Virus record (IMG/VR): IMGVR_UViG_3300033388_003879
Location: 1 to 50,305 of that record
DNA length: 50,305 bases
From: a virus
Lineage: Duplodnaviria; Caudoviricetes
Strand: one strand, 5' to 3'
Made by a program: the position numbers and the translations under genes. The notes beneath the pieces were generated by a model. The model was given only the letters and a program-made list of their open reading frames with translations, did no database searches and was not told the origin of the DNA. Below, in pieces: positions 35,761 through 46,115 of this stretch; positions within the stretch are counted from its first letter, which is position 1; each line of letters starts with the position of its first letter.

Positions 35761-36243
35761 ATGAACCCCTACCACCCCCTAATCGACTACGCAAAAACAG
35801 AACATATCCGTTTATTAATCGAAACATACAAAGATGGTTTCACAATTATATATTGCGATAAAACAGAAAAGCGGAATATATTAAAACAGATCAGGTTAAA
35901 TAAAATTAAATCCAGAGCTAAAATTATTGCCCATGATTATAATACCGAGTTCTTAGAAGAGCCTAAATTATTCGAATTAAATTTTGTCAGAAGTAGAATA
36001 TTGAGACGGTTTATTAAGAAGCGGGAGATTCATACATATAAAAATTTCACTCCTCAAGAATTATTTAACATCGTATGTGTAGATTTTCCAGAATCAGATA
36101 GATATAATTTCATCATGGATATTAAGAATTTCTACTTCACTGATATTGAGAAATTAAAGAAATTCGCTTTGAAACATAAAATAGATTGCAGTATTAACCG
36201 TGATCGTAAAACTTTTATTATATATTACAAAGGAGTCGAATAA
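35761..36243 (+). CDS. hypothetical protein
   Basis: GGAG RBS before ATG 35761. Confidence 0.6.
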   Translation: MNPYHPLIDYAKTEHIRLLIETYKDGFTIIYCDKTEKRNILKQIRLNKIKSRAKIIAHDYNTEFLEEPKLFELNFVRSRILRRFIKKREIHTYKNFTPQELFNIVCVDFPESDRYNFIMDIKNFYFTDIEKLKKFALKHKIDCSINRDRKTFIIYYKGVE

Positions 36244-36245
36244 AA

Positions 36246-36791
36246 ATGCTAACAAACGATAGATTACAGGGAATATTATCATTCAATATTAAAAATCCCT
36301 ATAAAATTACAGTGGATGGAGATTTTGAAGATCGGACAGAAATAATCTGTCATGAGTTCAATAATAAAGCCAGTGCAAATACTGCATGGGATCTTGAACA
36401 ACTTCTATTATCTGCATTCAGCAGCATAGAGCGTAAAGCGGAAAAGATGACAAAAAAGCAGATCCAGAAAGAAGAAAAAGAGGAAAATCTTTTCTATGAA
36501 AATAATAGTCCATCTGAAAAAGAAGTAGCTGAAAGATCCGACCAATTATTGTTAATGTTCAAAATGCAGAAAGAAGTCAAAATGTCTGAACTCATGGATT
36601 TATTTGAAGACATGGTAGCCGAAAAACTCTTATCAACTGCCGGAGATGTTAAGATGTTTGCCCCTGTATGGGATTCTATAAAGCCTAAAGACAAACTCGA
36701 TATCGTTTTCCGGTATATAGTTTTTTTCGTCAATCCCTTGCAGTCACTACAGCAGATGGCTATAGCAGACAGCGAGGGAAATACAAAGTAA
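36246..36791 (+). CDS. tail assembly chaperone (gpG-like); -1 frameshift product extends to 36931
   Basis: Upstream of tape measure; slippery T TTT TTC at 36722-36728. Confidence 0.75.
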   Translation: MLTNDRLQGILSFNIKNPYKITVDGDFEDRTEIICHEFNNKASANTAWDLEQLLLSAFSSIERKAEKMTKKQIQKEEKEENLFYENNSPSEKEVAERSDQLLLMFKMQKEVKMSELMDLFEDMVAEKLLSTAGDVKMFAPVWDSIKPKDKLDIVFRYIVFFVNPLQSLQQMAIADSEGNTK

Positions 36792-36940
36792 GAAACCCTC
36801 AATTATTTTCAGATGCTTTAAAAGTGTCGGCTAATATGAACGGTGGTATAAAGTTTGAAGAATTTTTATATTATCCATATACAATGAGACAGAAGATAAT
36901 AGAAGAGTTGAATAGCTGGAAAGATAAATAAGGAGCGATT

Positions 36941-37234
36941 ATGAAATATAGAAAAAAGCCGGTAGTTATTGAAGCAATTACATTTGAGGAAGTAGTTGAA
37001 TATGGAAAAGAGTATTGTAGAAAAAGAAACATTGCTCTTGTTGATGGAATGCCTTGGAGTTTTGAATATGAAGGACATCCATTAACGCATGAAAATAATG
37101 AGTGCTACTTATTCGATACTCTTGAAGGTTCTGAGCGTATGACTCCCAAAGATATGATGATTACTGGAGTTGAGGGTGAAATATATCCTATTAAGTTGAA
37201 TATATTTGAAAAAACCTATGAACTGGTCAAATAG
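36941..37234 (+). CDS. conserved phage protein (KYRKKPVVIEA family)
   Basis: TLEG...DMMITGVEGEIYP...IFEKTY. Confidence 0.85.
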   Translation: MKYRKKPVVIEAITFEEVVEYGKEYCRKRNIALVDGMPWSFEYEGHPLTHENNECYLFDTLEGSERMTPKDMMITGVEGEIYPIKLNIFEKTYELVK

Positions 37235-37251
37235 TGTTAAACACGTAAAAG

Positions 37252-37279
37252 AGTCCTCTTAAATGAGGGCTTTTTTTTT
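37252..37279 (+). terminator. intrinsic terminator
   Basis: AGTCCTC/GAGGGCT plus T-run. Confidence 0.8.
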
Positions 37280-37306
37280 ACTCAGAAAAGCTTTACAATA
37301 TAATCA

Positions 37307-39370
37307 ATGTTCTCAATTAATTATTTATATTCGATAATCGATAAATACTCTCCAATTCTCGATAAAATGGCTAGAGCCGGTGCAAAATTTGATAAATCTG
37401 TTTCCCGCATTCAAACCGGACTCGGCAGAATGGAAGATAAGTTTAAATCAGCCGGTGCTAAAATGGCTAATCTTCAGACAGGATTAGCTTCTCTCGGTGC
37501 GGGTGTATTCCTTAAATCCACTATAGATGAAGCGAAACAATTCCAACAGGCTTTAAATCTTACGAAAGCCGTAACTAAAGCCAACTCAGAGCAAATGGAC
37601 ATCATGAGGGCGAAAGCTCTTGAATGGGGAGCTAGTACCCAATTCAGTTCATTGCAAGTTGCTGGAGCTATGGCTGAACTCGGTAAAATGGGAAATGATA
37701 CAAATCAGATCCTTGATTTAATGCCTGGAACGATGGCACTTGCTGCAGCCGGTGAAATATCCATGGCTGAAGCTGCCAATTATACAATGGCTACAATAAA
37801 TCAGATGGGTCTTGAATTATCCGATGCCGGAATGGTTGCGGATGTTTTCGCCACCGGTGCCAGTAATGCAGCCACTACCGTTTCAGGACTTGCCAGTGCT
37901 TTCACTAATACCGGACTACAGGCCAAACTATCAGGATTAAGTGTCACTGATACCACTCAAGCGTTAATGGCTCTAGCCAGTGCCAATCTTGAGGGTGCTA
38001 TGGGTGGTACGATGATGATGAACGCCTTAAAAGATCTAGAGAAAATGTCAGGGAAAACCAGAGACGGTTTTGATGCTCTTGGAATTGATATAGATAATTT
38101 TAGAGATGCTACAACCGGTCAGATGACAGATTTCTGGGGTTTGATAGAGGCAATGAAAGCCGCCAATGTAACCGGTAAAGATTTAGGGGCTATGTTCGAT
38201 ATTCGTGGTAAAAAAGCTATGTCAGTTTTGATTGAAACAACTACTGAAAAAATGGACGGGTTCGCAGAGTCTTTAAGAGATACTACCGGAGCTTCTAAAG
38301 AAATGCAGGACACTTTATTAGAAGGTCTGCAGCCTTTCGTTGAATTCGAATCAGTTACTCAGAATCTTAAAGTAATTATGGGAACATTTGTTATGGAAGC
38401 ATTGTCTCCACTGCTTAATAAATTTAATGAGTGGCTTGGAAATATGCAGAAAAATAATCCTGAGACTCTTAAATGGATTACTTATCTACTTATGGGAGTA
38501 ACTGCACTTGGAGCAGTATTGATTCCTCTTGGTCTTTTTATATCCGCTCTCGGGTCTCTTTTCGGAGCCTTGAAACTTGCTCTTGGAATAACTAAAATAT
38601 TCGGACTCGCTCAAGCTCTTCTTGCCGGAGTAATGGGAACTTCAGGGGCTTCAATTGCCATAACAACGGCCTCTACGAAAGCTTATGTAATCGGTACAAA
38701 AATTGCAGCCGTAGCAACTAAAGTATGGTCTGTTGTTCAGATCGCTTTTAATGCTGTCATGAGTGCAAACCCTATCGCATTGGTAATAATTGGAATTGCT
38801 GCATTAGTCGCTATAATCATACTTGCTGTTAAATACTGGAAACAGATAACAGCTGCGGTAAAAGCTGCATGGGAATGGATTGTAAATTTTTATGATGCAA
38901 TGAAAGGATTGATTGTAATATTTGCGCCGTTTTTAATTCCTTTATTAACTACAATTGAAGTTATTCGAGAATTGGTAAAATCTTTCGCAGATATAAAAGC
39001 CGCTTTTACTGATGAGGGGTTTATTGCTGGAATCCTATCTATAGGACAGGCGATATTTAAAGGACTCATAGAGCCGTTTAAGGGTGTTCTTGATCTTGTG
39101 ATAGCCGTTAAAGATAAAATAGGCGGTGCGTTCGTAGCTGTTAAGGATTTCTTCACAGGTGGCGAAGAGCCTGGATCATATACAGGTAACCCCAGTGGCC
39201 GGATGAGACAACAAGAAGCCCCAACCCCTGGAGATGGGAGAAGAGGAGCAAACGCCACTGCTAACGCCACTTTATCTGTATACACTGAAAAGGGAATGGG
39301 CGTGAAACCATATGAAGCTTCTGGGGATCTCGGTTATAATATGTCTAATAATTATTCGAGAGGTATGTAA
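37307..39370 (+). CDS. tail tape measure protein (TP901-type core)
   Basis: TQFSSLQVAGAMAELGKMG; Ala/Gly-rich; NAVMSANP. Confidence 0.92.
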   Translation: MFSINYLYSIIDKYSPILDKMARAGAKFDKSVSRIQTGLGRMEDKFKSAGAKMANLQTGLASLGAGVFLKSTIDEAKQFQQALNLTKAVTKANSEQMDIMRAKALEWGASTQFSSLQVAGAMAELGKMGNDTNQILDLMPGTMALAAAGEISMAEAANYTMATINQMGLELSDAGMVADVFATGASNAATTVSGLASAFTNTGLQAKLSGLSVTDTTQALMALASANLEGAMGGTMMMNALKDLEKMSGKTRDGFDALGIDIDNFRDATTGQMTDFWGLIEAMKAANVTGKDLGAMFDIRGKKAMSVLIETTTEKMDGFAESLRDTTGASKEMQDTLLEGLQPFVEFESVTQNLKVIMGTFVMEALSPLLNKFNEWLGNMQKNNPETLKWITYLLMGVTALGAVLIPLGLFISALGSLFGALKLALGITKIFGLAQALLAGVMGTSGASIAITTASTKAYVIGTKIAAVATKVWSVVQIAFNAVMSANPIALVIIGIAALVAIIILAVKYWKQITAAVKAAWEWIVNFYDAMKGLIVIFAPFLIPLLTTIEVIRELVKSFADIKAAFTDEGFIAGILSIGQAIFKGLIEPFKGVLDLVIAVKDKIGGAFVAVKDFFTGGEEPGSYTGNPSGRMRQQEAPTPGDGRRGANATANATLSVYTEKGMGVKPYEASGDLGYNMSNNYSRGM

Positions 39371-40680
39371 TGTCAGAATTCACAGATTCCCAACTGCAGG
39401 GTAAATATAAAAATATACCGTTTTTAGTTCACAGCGAATCTCTCAATGATGTCGGACAGGCTATAGTTATACATACCTATCCAAAATCAAGCGTTCAATA
39501 TCTTGAGCCGATGGGAGAAAATCCATTTGATGCTACTGTTTCTTTATTTTTCCATGGAGACAAAGCAAAAGACCAGTTTGAATCTTTTAAAAAAGCAATT
39601 CAAGATCCTGCACCAGGAAGATTATATCTTCCTTCGTTCGGAATATTTGACAATATTAAAGCTCATCCAACCGCTTTTTTATCTGATCAGAAAACACTCG
39701 GTAAAATTTCCGCTTCTGTCAGATTTTCATCATCCATAGACAGGCCTTCTCCTATTGATTCTGAAATATCAGAACAGGATGTTGCCAGTAAATCGATTGA
39801 AGCAATGGCAGAACTGGAAGAGACATTTAAAAAAGAATATGTTGAACCTGAAACAGAAAAGAATTTTTTAACTGCCCTTACCGATGCTCTTGGAATATCA
39901 GATGATATAAAGAAAATTACAGGTCTGATTAAAGAGGCAAGGAATTTTGCAAGAAAAGTTGATAGATCAATCAGAGAAGTAGATAAATACGCAGCTCTTT
40001 TATTAAATCCCGGTCAACCGTTGGGATATCTTCAGTCAATTATATTAGGTACTAGAAATACAGGTGCATTTTCATTGTTTACTAGAATTGCAAATATCGG
40101 AAAGAATCAGTCAAACTCTATAAACGATATAGATGCCGGTATTTCACCTAACCCATCAACTGTGTTCCCTGATGAACCTTTAAGTCTTCAGGTAGATGTT
40201 AATATCAATCTATGGGATAACGACACAACGGAGAGAATAGAGCGAAACGTAAACAGATTAGCAGTAATAAACACATTTAGAATTACCGGATTGATAGGTA
40301 TGTTCGAAAGTGCTTCAAACGCAAATTATACAACTACAGAAGAAATTGATAAAACGATTTTAGTATTAGAGGATTACTATACAGCCCTTGTAGAAAATGA
40401 TGCATCGTGCGTGATTATATGTTCTATGAAATCTATAATTGATGAATTAAAAAATCTAACTGATAAAGTGTTGGAAAAGAAACGGCAGCAATCATATGTC
40501 GTTATTGAAATAAATGAAGTCAGGCCGATTTCAAGCGTATTGCTGGCCTATAAGTTATATGGTGAACTGATAAATAAAGAAGTTAATTTATTCTTTATGG
40601 CCTCTATTATTGCCGGACTGAACAGAAATCAACCGGCTCACGCTCTTGAGGGCACCGTAAGGGTGGTTGAAATTGCTTGA
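39370..40680 (+). CDS. Mu gpN-like DNA circularisation/tail protein
   Basis: GKYKNIPF...HTYP...PGRLYLPSFG; LAYKLYG. Confidence 0.85.
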   Translation: MSEFTDSQLQGKYKNIPFLVHSESLNDVGQAIVIHTYPKSSVQYLEPMGENPFDATVSLFFHGDKAKDQFESFKKAIQDPAPGRLYLPSFGIFDNIKAHPTAFLSDQKTLGKISASVRFSSSIDRPSPIDSEISEQDVASKSIEAMAELEETFKKEYVEPETEKNFLTALTDALGISDDIKKITGLIKEARNFARKVDRSIREVDKYAALLLNPGQPLGYLQSIILGTRNTGAFSLFTRIANIGKNQSNSINDIDAGISPNPSTVFPDEPLSLQVDVNINLWDNDTTERIERNVNRLAVINTFRITGLIGMFESASNANYTTTEEIDKTILVLEDYYTALVENDASCVIICSMKSIIDELKNLTDKVLEKKRQQSYVVIEINEVRPISSVLLAYKLYGELINKEVNLFFMASIIAGLNRNQPAHALEGTVRVVEIA

Positions 40681-41932
40681 AGTAAGAGTTAACGGGAAAA
40701 CTTTTAACAGGTTTAAAGAGGCTGGTGGTTTATTTTCAGATGATACTTTCGCCGGTGAATTTTCAATAACTACGTCACCTTCCCCGAATAATAATTCATT
40801 TTTAAAACTAGGTGATTCAGTAGAAATACTTCTTGATGGGATTCAAAAACACACCGGATATCTAGAAGATGTAGAAGATTCTGAAGCAAGAACAAATCAT
40901 GATATAAAATTCGTTGGTCGTGATATTGTCTCAGATCTAATAGATTCTTCAGTCCCTGAAAATGTGAAATCTTTAGAGGATGTTTCTAAATTTTCTGAAT
41001 TGGTTCAATTGTGTATTGACGGGTTGGGGTTAACAGATAAAATAAAAGTTATTGATGATGTCGGTGCGACTTTCGGAGATAGTACGAAATTAAAAGCGGC
41101 ATCAACAGGTCAGACAGTTGGTGATTTTTTAGCAGAAAATTCCCGCATAGTTCAAGTATTTTTAAATACTGATGGTTATGGCAATGTTTTAATACGTAGG
41201 CTTGGTGGAAAACTAAAGACAACCCTTCAGTTAGTACCCGGAGCCATAAACAATAATATAAAATCATCTAATCTGAAAATAAATTGGAGAGAAAGGTTTT
41301 ACAAATATACAGTTTATAGTAACTCCTCTCTTGCCAGTGATAGTGCTACAGTGAATGATATAAACAATTCTGGAACTGCTTTTGACAATGCAATAAGAAA
41401 ATCGAAAGTGTTGGAAATTATTGCAGATAAACCAATGACTTCTGATCAATGCAAAAGAGCAGCCGAGGAAGAGGCAAATATAAGGCGTGGGCGATCATTT
41501 AATTATGATTGCGATGTAGCTGGATTTTCTGCTAATGGTGAACTATGGGAACCAGGACTAATAGTTCCGGTAAAAGATGAAGATCGGAAAGTCAAAGGAG
41601 AGTTTCAGATTTCAACTGTTCGTTGGGGTTGGTCTGGTTCTGGTGAAGTAGTAAATATATCAGTTACTTATCCAGATAAAGGATTTGTAGAGCCAGAATT
41701 AAGGCCAGCTATCGAAAAGACAGTTGAGGATAGCAGGACATATATTAAAAAAGAAAATGAGCCAGAACCGGAGCCGGAAACAAAAATATTCAACAGTTAT
41801 GCAAGAGCAGATCAGGTGCCATATATAATAGAGCCTCCTGTAACAGAAATTAAAACCCCTGTAGTACAAGTGGCAGAGGGGGAATTTAACAGCTTCGCAA
41901 AAGCTAATGAAAACCCATACGGAGGGTCTTAA
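40667..41932 (+). CDS. baseplate hub (Mu gpP/gp44-like)
   Basis: GRDIVSDLIDSS, ERFYKYTV, LWEPG. Confidence 0.88.
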   Translation: MKLLEVRVNGKTFNRFKEAGGLFSDDTFAGEFSITTSPSPNNNSFLKLGDSVEILLDGIQKHTGYLEDVEDSEARTNHDIKFVGRDIVSDLIDSSVPENVKSLEDVSKFSELVQLCIDGLGLTDKIKVIDDVGATFGDSTKLKAASTGQTVGDFLAENSRIVQVFLNTDGYGNVLIRRLGGKLKTTLQLVPGAINNNIKSSNLKINWRERFYKYTVYSNSSLASDSATVNDINNSGTAFDNAIRKSKVLEIIADKPMTSDQCKRAAEEEANIRRGRSFNYDCDVAGFSANGELWEPGLIVPVKDEDRKVKGEFQISTVRWGWSGSGEVVNISVTYPDKGFVEPELRPAIEKTVEDSRTYIKKENEPEPEPETKIFNSYARADQVPYIIEPPVTEIKTPVVQVAEGEFNSFAKANENPYGGS

Positions 41933-42430
41933 ATGATAAACCCATTCAAAATAGGAATATTTAAAAAAATGCTCTCTTCTCGATTAGGTAGAGTTTTATT
42001 TGAAGGGAAAGAACAGCCAGGAGTAGTTTATATTCCGTATGGAATGTTTGCAAATATACAGGAAGATATACCTTCAGGAATATTACTTGATCAGGGAAAT
42101 GAAGAATCTCTTTTATTTATTCCTTTTGATATAAAAAACCGTGAAGAATTAAATAAAAATGAAATAGGTTTCGGAATACCTAGTGAAAAAAATAGGATGT
42201 ATTTTAGGGAAGGGAAAATTACTTTTAAAATAGAGGATACAGAGGGCGGCGACTTTGCAGTACGATATCTTGAACTGAAATCCGCATTTGATGAACTGAA
42301 GAGTGATTTTAATTCATTTTTAACTCATGTCCATGGATTTAGTGGAACGCCTCCAGTACCTCCCGCGATTCCATCTACTGCAGACATGTCAGATGCAAAG
42401 ATTGATAAAATAGAGCTTCCCGAGCTATAA
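41933..42430 (+). CDS. baseplate spike (Mu gp45-like)
   Basis: PYGM motif, C-terminal HxH (THVH). Confidence 0.8.
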   Translation: MINPFKIGIFKKMLSSRLGRVLFEGKEQPGVVYIPYGMFANIQEDIPSGILLDQGNEESLLFIPFDIKNREELNKNEIGFGIPSEKNRMYFREGKITFKIEDTEGGDFAVRYLELKSAFDELKSDFNSFLTHVHGFSGTPPVPPAIPSTADMSDAKIDKIELPEL

Positions 42431-42448
42431 TGATGATAAGGGGATTAA

Positions 42449-42595
42449 ATGAAGATTATTAAAAAATGCGTAGCATGGAGATATAATTTACCTCTTTTTT
42501 ATTTTACAGGATGGAGAGTCAAATATCCATGGTTTAGATTTTTCGTATATAAAGTTTATTTTATATGTCCAGAAACTTTAAAGGGATTAAATTAA
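42449..42595 (+). CDS. 48-aa aromatic-rich hypothetical protein
   Basis: Not in ORF track; GGGG RBS. Confidence 0.45.
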   Translation: MKIIKKCVAWRYNLPLFYFTGWRVKYPWFRFFVYKVYFICPETLKGLN

Positions 42596-43033
42596 ATGAA
42601 TATCCAAGACATTAAAGCAGTCCAATCAAATATAGGGCAATATGATTTTGAAATAGACACCGATACAAGAGACATTGCTACAGTTCAAGGTTTTGAATCA
42701 GTTGTATCTGTACAGCTTGATACTGATCAACGCGCCAACAGAGATGAACGGTCGGACGCTCAGAATAGGCAGGGATGGATTGGAGATATATATAATGAAG
42801 GATATAAAATCGGCTCTAAATTACATTTAAAACAACAGGCCAGAGATACACCGTTAGATAAAAATGAAATTGCAGCTGAAGCAAAAAACGCACTGGAATA
42901 TCTGGTAAAAATCAGAGCTGCTAAAGAGATTACAGCCGCTTTTCTAGGTAACACAATTGATGGTAAAATAATTGTAGATGCAAATAATGTGAGTAGATAT
43001 AATAGACTATGGAGAAATACAAGTGGCAATTAA
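42596..43033 (+). CDS. baseplate wedge protein (Mu gp46-like)
   Basis: RQGWIGD...GSKLHL...ALEYL. Confidence 0.85.
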   Translation: MNIQDIKAVQSNIGQYDFEIDTDTRDIATVQGFESVVSVQLDTDQRANRDERSDAQNRQGWIGDIYNEGYKIGSKLHLKQQARDTPLDKNEIAAEAKNALEYLVKIRAAKEITAAFLGNTIDGKIIVDANNVSRYNRLWRNTSGN

Positions 43034-44360
43034 ATTAAAATCATTTGCAGATTTTGTTAATCTCATGATCGGGAAAGGATATAAAGCATTACCCGGAATA
43101 GATCCGACAATAAAAGCCTCAATTATAAACGCTTCTATTGTATCTAATGCCGCCGGGATGGTGTCATGTCAGGAAGGCATTAAAGATGCTGTTAATCAGT
43201 CTTTTCCACAAACCGCCGATGAAGGTTTTTTAGAACTTCATGGTGAACCGAATAACGTAGTGAGGTTTTCACCTCAAGAGGCAATCGGTCAAGGGGCGGC
43301 ACCTGGGATTTTAGGAACTGAAGTTGATATCGATTCACCTATAACATTTAACGGAAATTCTTATATAAATACAATCGCCTCAGTTGTTCAAGCATATTCA
43401 GGATCACTGTCATTATCTTTTTCTTCTGGCTTAGTAACTGTAGTCACAACTATAAATCATACACTGTCTACAGGTTTAGAGGTGACAATATCAGACGCTG
43501 TTCAGACAGAATATAACGGTACATTTGAAATAATAGTTTTATCAGATAACTCTTTTACTTATGAGTTGGTAGCTGGAGTTTTAAATGTAGATACCGGGAA
43601 TTATTCCAGTGAATATGCATTATTACAGATTGAATCAGTCGAAGCAGGATTAAATAAAAACGCCGGAGCCGGTTCTTTAATGACTATAAATGAAACTGGA
43701 TTAACTGGTTTTGTCAGTGTTGGATTCGGTGGTTTAGTTCTCGGAAGAGACTTAGAAGATTTCGAAGCCTTGAGAGTACGGGTTATGGACGCAAATAGTT
43801 TAACTCCCGGTGTTGCTACACCACCAATGGAAGTATTTTCAGCTAAATCTATTACCGGAAATACAAGAGTTTTTATACAGAGAGCAACGGCCACGGCTTC
43901 GGGAACTCCTGGACAACCGGGATATATCCCAGGGGTAGGTGAAACTGTAATTTATATTGTAAGGGATGATGATCCGTCAATAATCCCTAGTGCTGCGATT
44001 CTGGACGCTACGAAAGCGCAATTAATAGCTGATGGCGTGTGGCCGACAATGGTGCCGGATGAACATTTATACGTTATTGCGGCTACTTTAAAAACCCAAG
44101 ATTTTAATTTTACGTCGATTACGCCGAATACAATTACAATGCAGAATGCCATCAATAATCAACTTCCTGCATTTTTTCAGGACAATACAACTACCCTCGG
44201 CGGTACTATTTTACTGACAACAATAAATAAATTCCTTGATCAGGTTCAAGATCCTGATACCGGAAAAATATTGACAGCATATGTCTATGATATACCTCCA
44301 GGTGATATAGTTCAGCTTCCAGGGGAATTGTACACGAGAGGAGAGGTAACCTTTGGATAA
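43023..44360 (+). CDS. baseplate J / Mu gp47-like protein with inserted beta domain
   Basis: FPQTADEGFLELHG; GRDLEDFEALRVR. Confidence 0.88.
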   Translation: MAIKLKSFADFVNLMIGKGYKALPGIDPTIKASIINASIVSNAAGMVSCQEGIKDAVNQSFPQTADEGFLELHGEPNNVVRFSPQEAIGQGAAPGILGTEVDIDSPITFNGNSYINTIASVVQAYSGSLSLSFSSGLVTVVTTINHTLSTGLEVTISDAVQTEYNGTFEIIVLSDNSFTYELVAGVLNVDTGNYSSEYALLQIESVEAGLNKNAGAGSLMTINETGLTGFVSVGFGGLVLGRDLEDFEALRVRVMDANSLTPGVATPPMEVFSAKSITGNTRVFIQRATATASGTPGQPGYIPGVGETVIYIVRDDDPSIIPSAAILDATKAQLIADGVWPTMVPDEHLYVIAATLKTQDFNFTSITPNTITMQNAINNQLPAFFQDNTTTLGGTILLTTINKFLDQVQDPDTGKILTAYVYDIPPGDIVQLPGELYTRGEVTFG

Positions 44361-45030
44361 ATCCATTTTATCATTTCAACCATTAAATGAAACTCAATCC
44401 GAACATTACGCAGCCGATCATTATCCAAAAGGAAGATTATGGTCTAAGCGTCACGTAAAAGATACAATTATATATAATTTCATATTGGTTTTATCAACTG
44501 TTTTTAAGTTATTTTTCGGTGATTTATTTACACTGGTAAAAAATAGAGATATAAATCAGGCAAATGAATTACTTGAAGAATGGGAAACATCCTTAAGAAT
44601 TCCAGAGCATATACCCAGAAGAACTACCATTGAAGGACGGCGTGAAGCAGTCAGGTGTAAAAAATCTAAGATTCCGGTATATAATATAGATAATGGAATT
44701 GTTCCAATTGAATCGACATTTGAACATTATATTGAATGCTTGACAGGAATTGAAGTTAATATCAGAACTGCACAAGTTGAGGGTACTGGTTCAGTTTTTC
44801 CAATGGAATTTCCTGTAGAGTTTGGAGTAGGTGCGGCTTCTGGAAGTTTCATTTTTATTATAGGAGTTCCGGTAATAGGTGATTTTGCAAATAACTTTTT
44901 CCCTATGTCGTTTGCAATAAACTTTTTTGATCCTTCGGTACCGGATGCGACTATTGAATTATTAGATTTAATTTTAGACGATGTTATACCTAGTTTTTGC
45001 TATTGGGTATATGAAGCAATACAAATATAA
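44353..45030 (+). CDS. baseplate wedge protein (Mu gp48/YmfQ-like)
   Basis: YPKGRLW; ELLEEWE..L.IP; RREAV. Confidence 0.8.
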   Translation: MDKSILSFQPLNETQSEHYAADHYPKGRLWSKRHVKDTIIYNFILVLSTVFKLFFGDLFTLVKNRDINQANELLEEWETSLRIPEHIPRRTTIEGRREAVRCKKSKIPVYNIDNGIVPIESTFEHYIECLTGIEVNIRTAQVEGTGSVFPMEFPVEFGVGAASGSFIFIIGVPVIGDFANNFFPMSFAINFFDPSVPDATIELLDLILDDVIPSFCYWVYEAIQI

Positions 45031-45041
45031 GGAGTATTTAA

Positions 45042-46064
45042 ATGCAAGAAATACCGAGTAAAAGCGATTCAACGGCTGGAGCTAATGGAGTTTTACCAGC
45101 TGCTGAATATAACGATAGAAATGTAGAAATAGAAAAAGTTATAACTAAATCAAACCAGACATTAAGCGCTGGAATAACAGACCAGTTCTCAAAAGCGATT
45201 TTCATAAATGCGATTGGTGCTGCTTCGATGATTGATAGTGGTTCAGGTAATACAATTACTCTTGCACCTGTAACCGGAGGCAGTGGCTTAACACCCCCCG
45301 GAGACTATACGCATTTCAACGGTGGTGTAGTCTGCTTTAATAAAGCTGATCCCAACACTGGAACTGCGGTGACAATTTCACCGTGGGGATTGAGTGCTAA
45401 ATCTCTTGTCAGAAAAGATCTGTCTTTACCTCTTGCCGGGGATATAATCGGTACTTGTTTTGTTAAATGGGATAATGGAGAAGATAAATGGATATTGTTG
45501 AGGAATGAAACAGATACCTATGGATATTTCATAGATGCCTCGGGTCCGGTTGTTCCGAAATTTTCTAATAATGTAGTAGAGATGGATGTCAGTTTAGGGA
45601 ATGTAGATATTGACGCGCTAGATTTATCTGATTTCATCGGTCAGCATGTTCATTTCTACGCTGTAGGTTCTGGTATCGGATCAATTGCCGGTGGTAATGG
45701 TGTTTATGTGAATGATATTTTTATTACTACTAATACTGGTGGTGCTCATGGGTATGGCGTTAGTGGCGGATTGTGGAAATTTGATAATGGGGTTACTGCT
45801 GATTATTTCAGCGCTTTACGGATTAGACAGCATTCAAATGGCTATATGATTCAAACCGGAGCAGGGTCAACAACAACAACTTCATGGACTGGAAATTTTC
45901 CTATCCCGTTTTTGATAGAACCGGTTAAAGAGGCATCTTTTACAACAGATACAGGTGGGTTTTTATTTCAGCTACGCCCAACTCCACTTACTGACAAATG
46001 GAGCCTCTCATCATCTCAAGCAGGAGCTAATATCTATCACTTAGAAGCGCAGGGAGATTATTAA
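45042..46064 (+). CDS. tail fibre / receptor-binding protein
   Basis: Position; NTGTAVTI..WGL.AK.L; NGYMIQTG...FPIPF. Confidence 0.75.
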   Translation: MQEIPSKSDSTAGANGVLPAAEYNDRNVEIEKVITKSNQTLSAGITDQFSKAIFINAIGAASMIDSGSGNTITLAPVTGGSGLTPPGDYTHFNGGVVCFNKADPNTGTAVTISPWGLSAKSLVRKDLSLPLAGDIIGTCFVKWDNGEDKWILLRNETDTYGYFIDASGPVVPKFSNNVVEMDVSLGNVDIDALDLSDFIGQHVHFYAVGSGIGSIAGGNGVYVNDIFITTNTGGAHGYGVSGGLWKFDNGVTADYFSALRIRQHSNGYMIQTGAGSTTTTSWTGNFPIPFLIEPVKEASFTTDTGGFLFQLRPTPLTDKWSLSSSQAGANIYHLEAQGDY

Positions 46065-46115
46065 AATGAAAATAAAAGCAACATTCAATAAAAATCAAAT
46101 ATCCGAGGCAATAAG

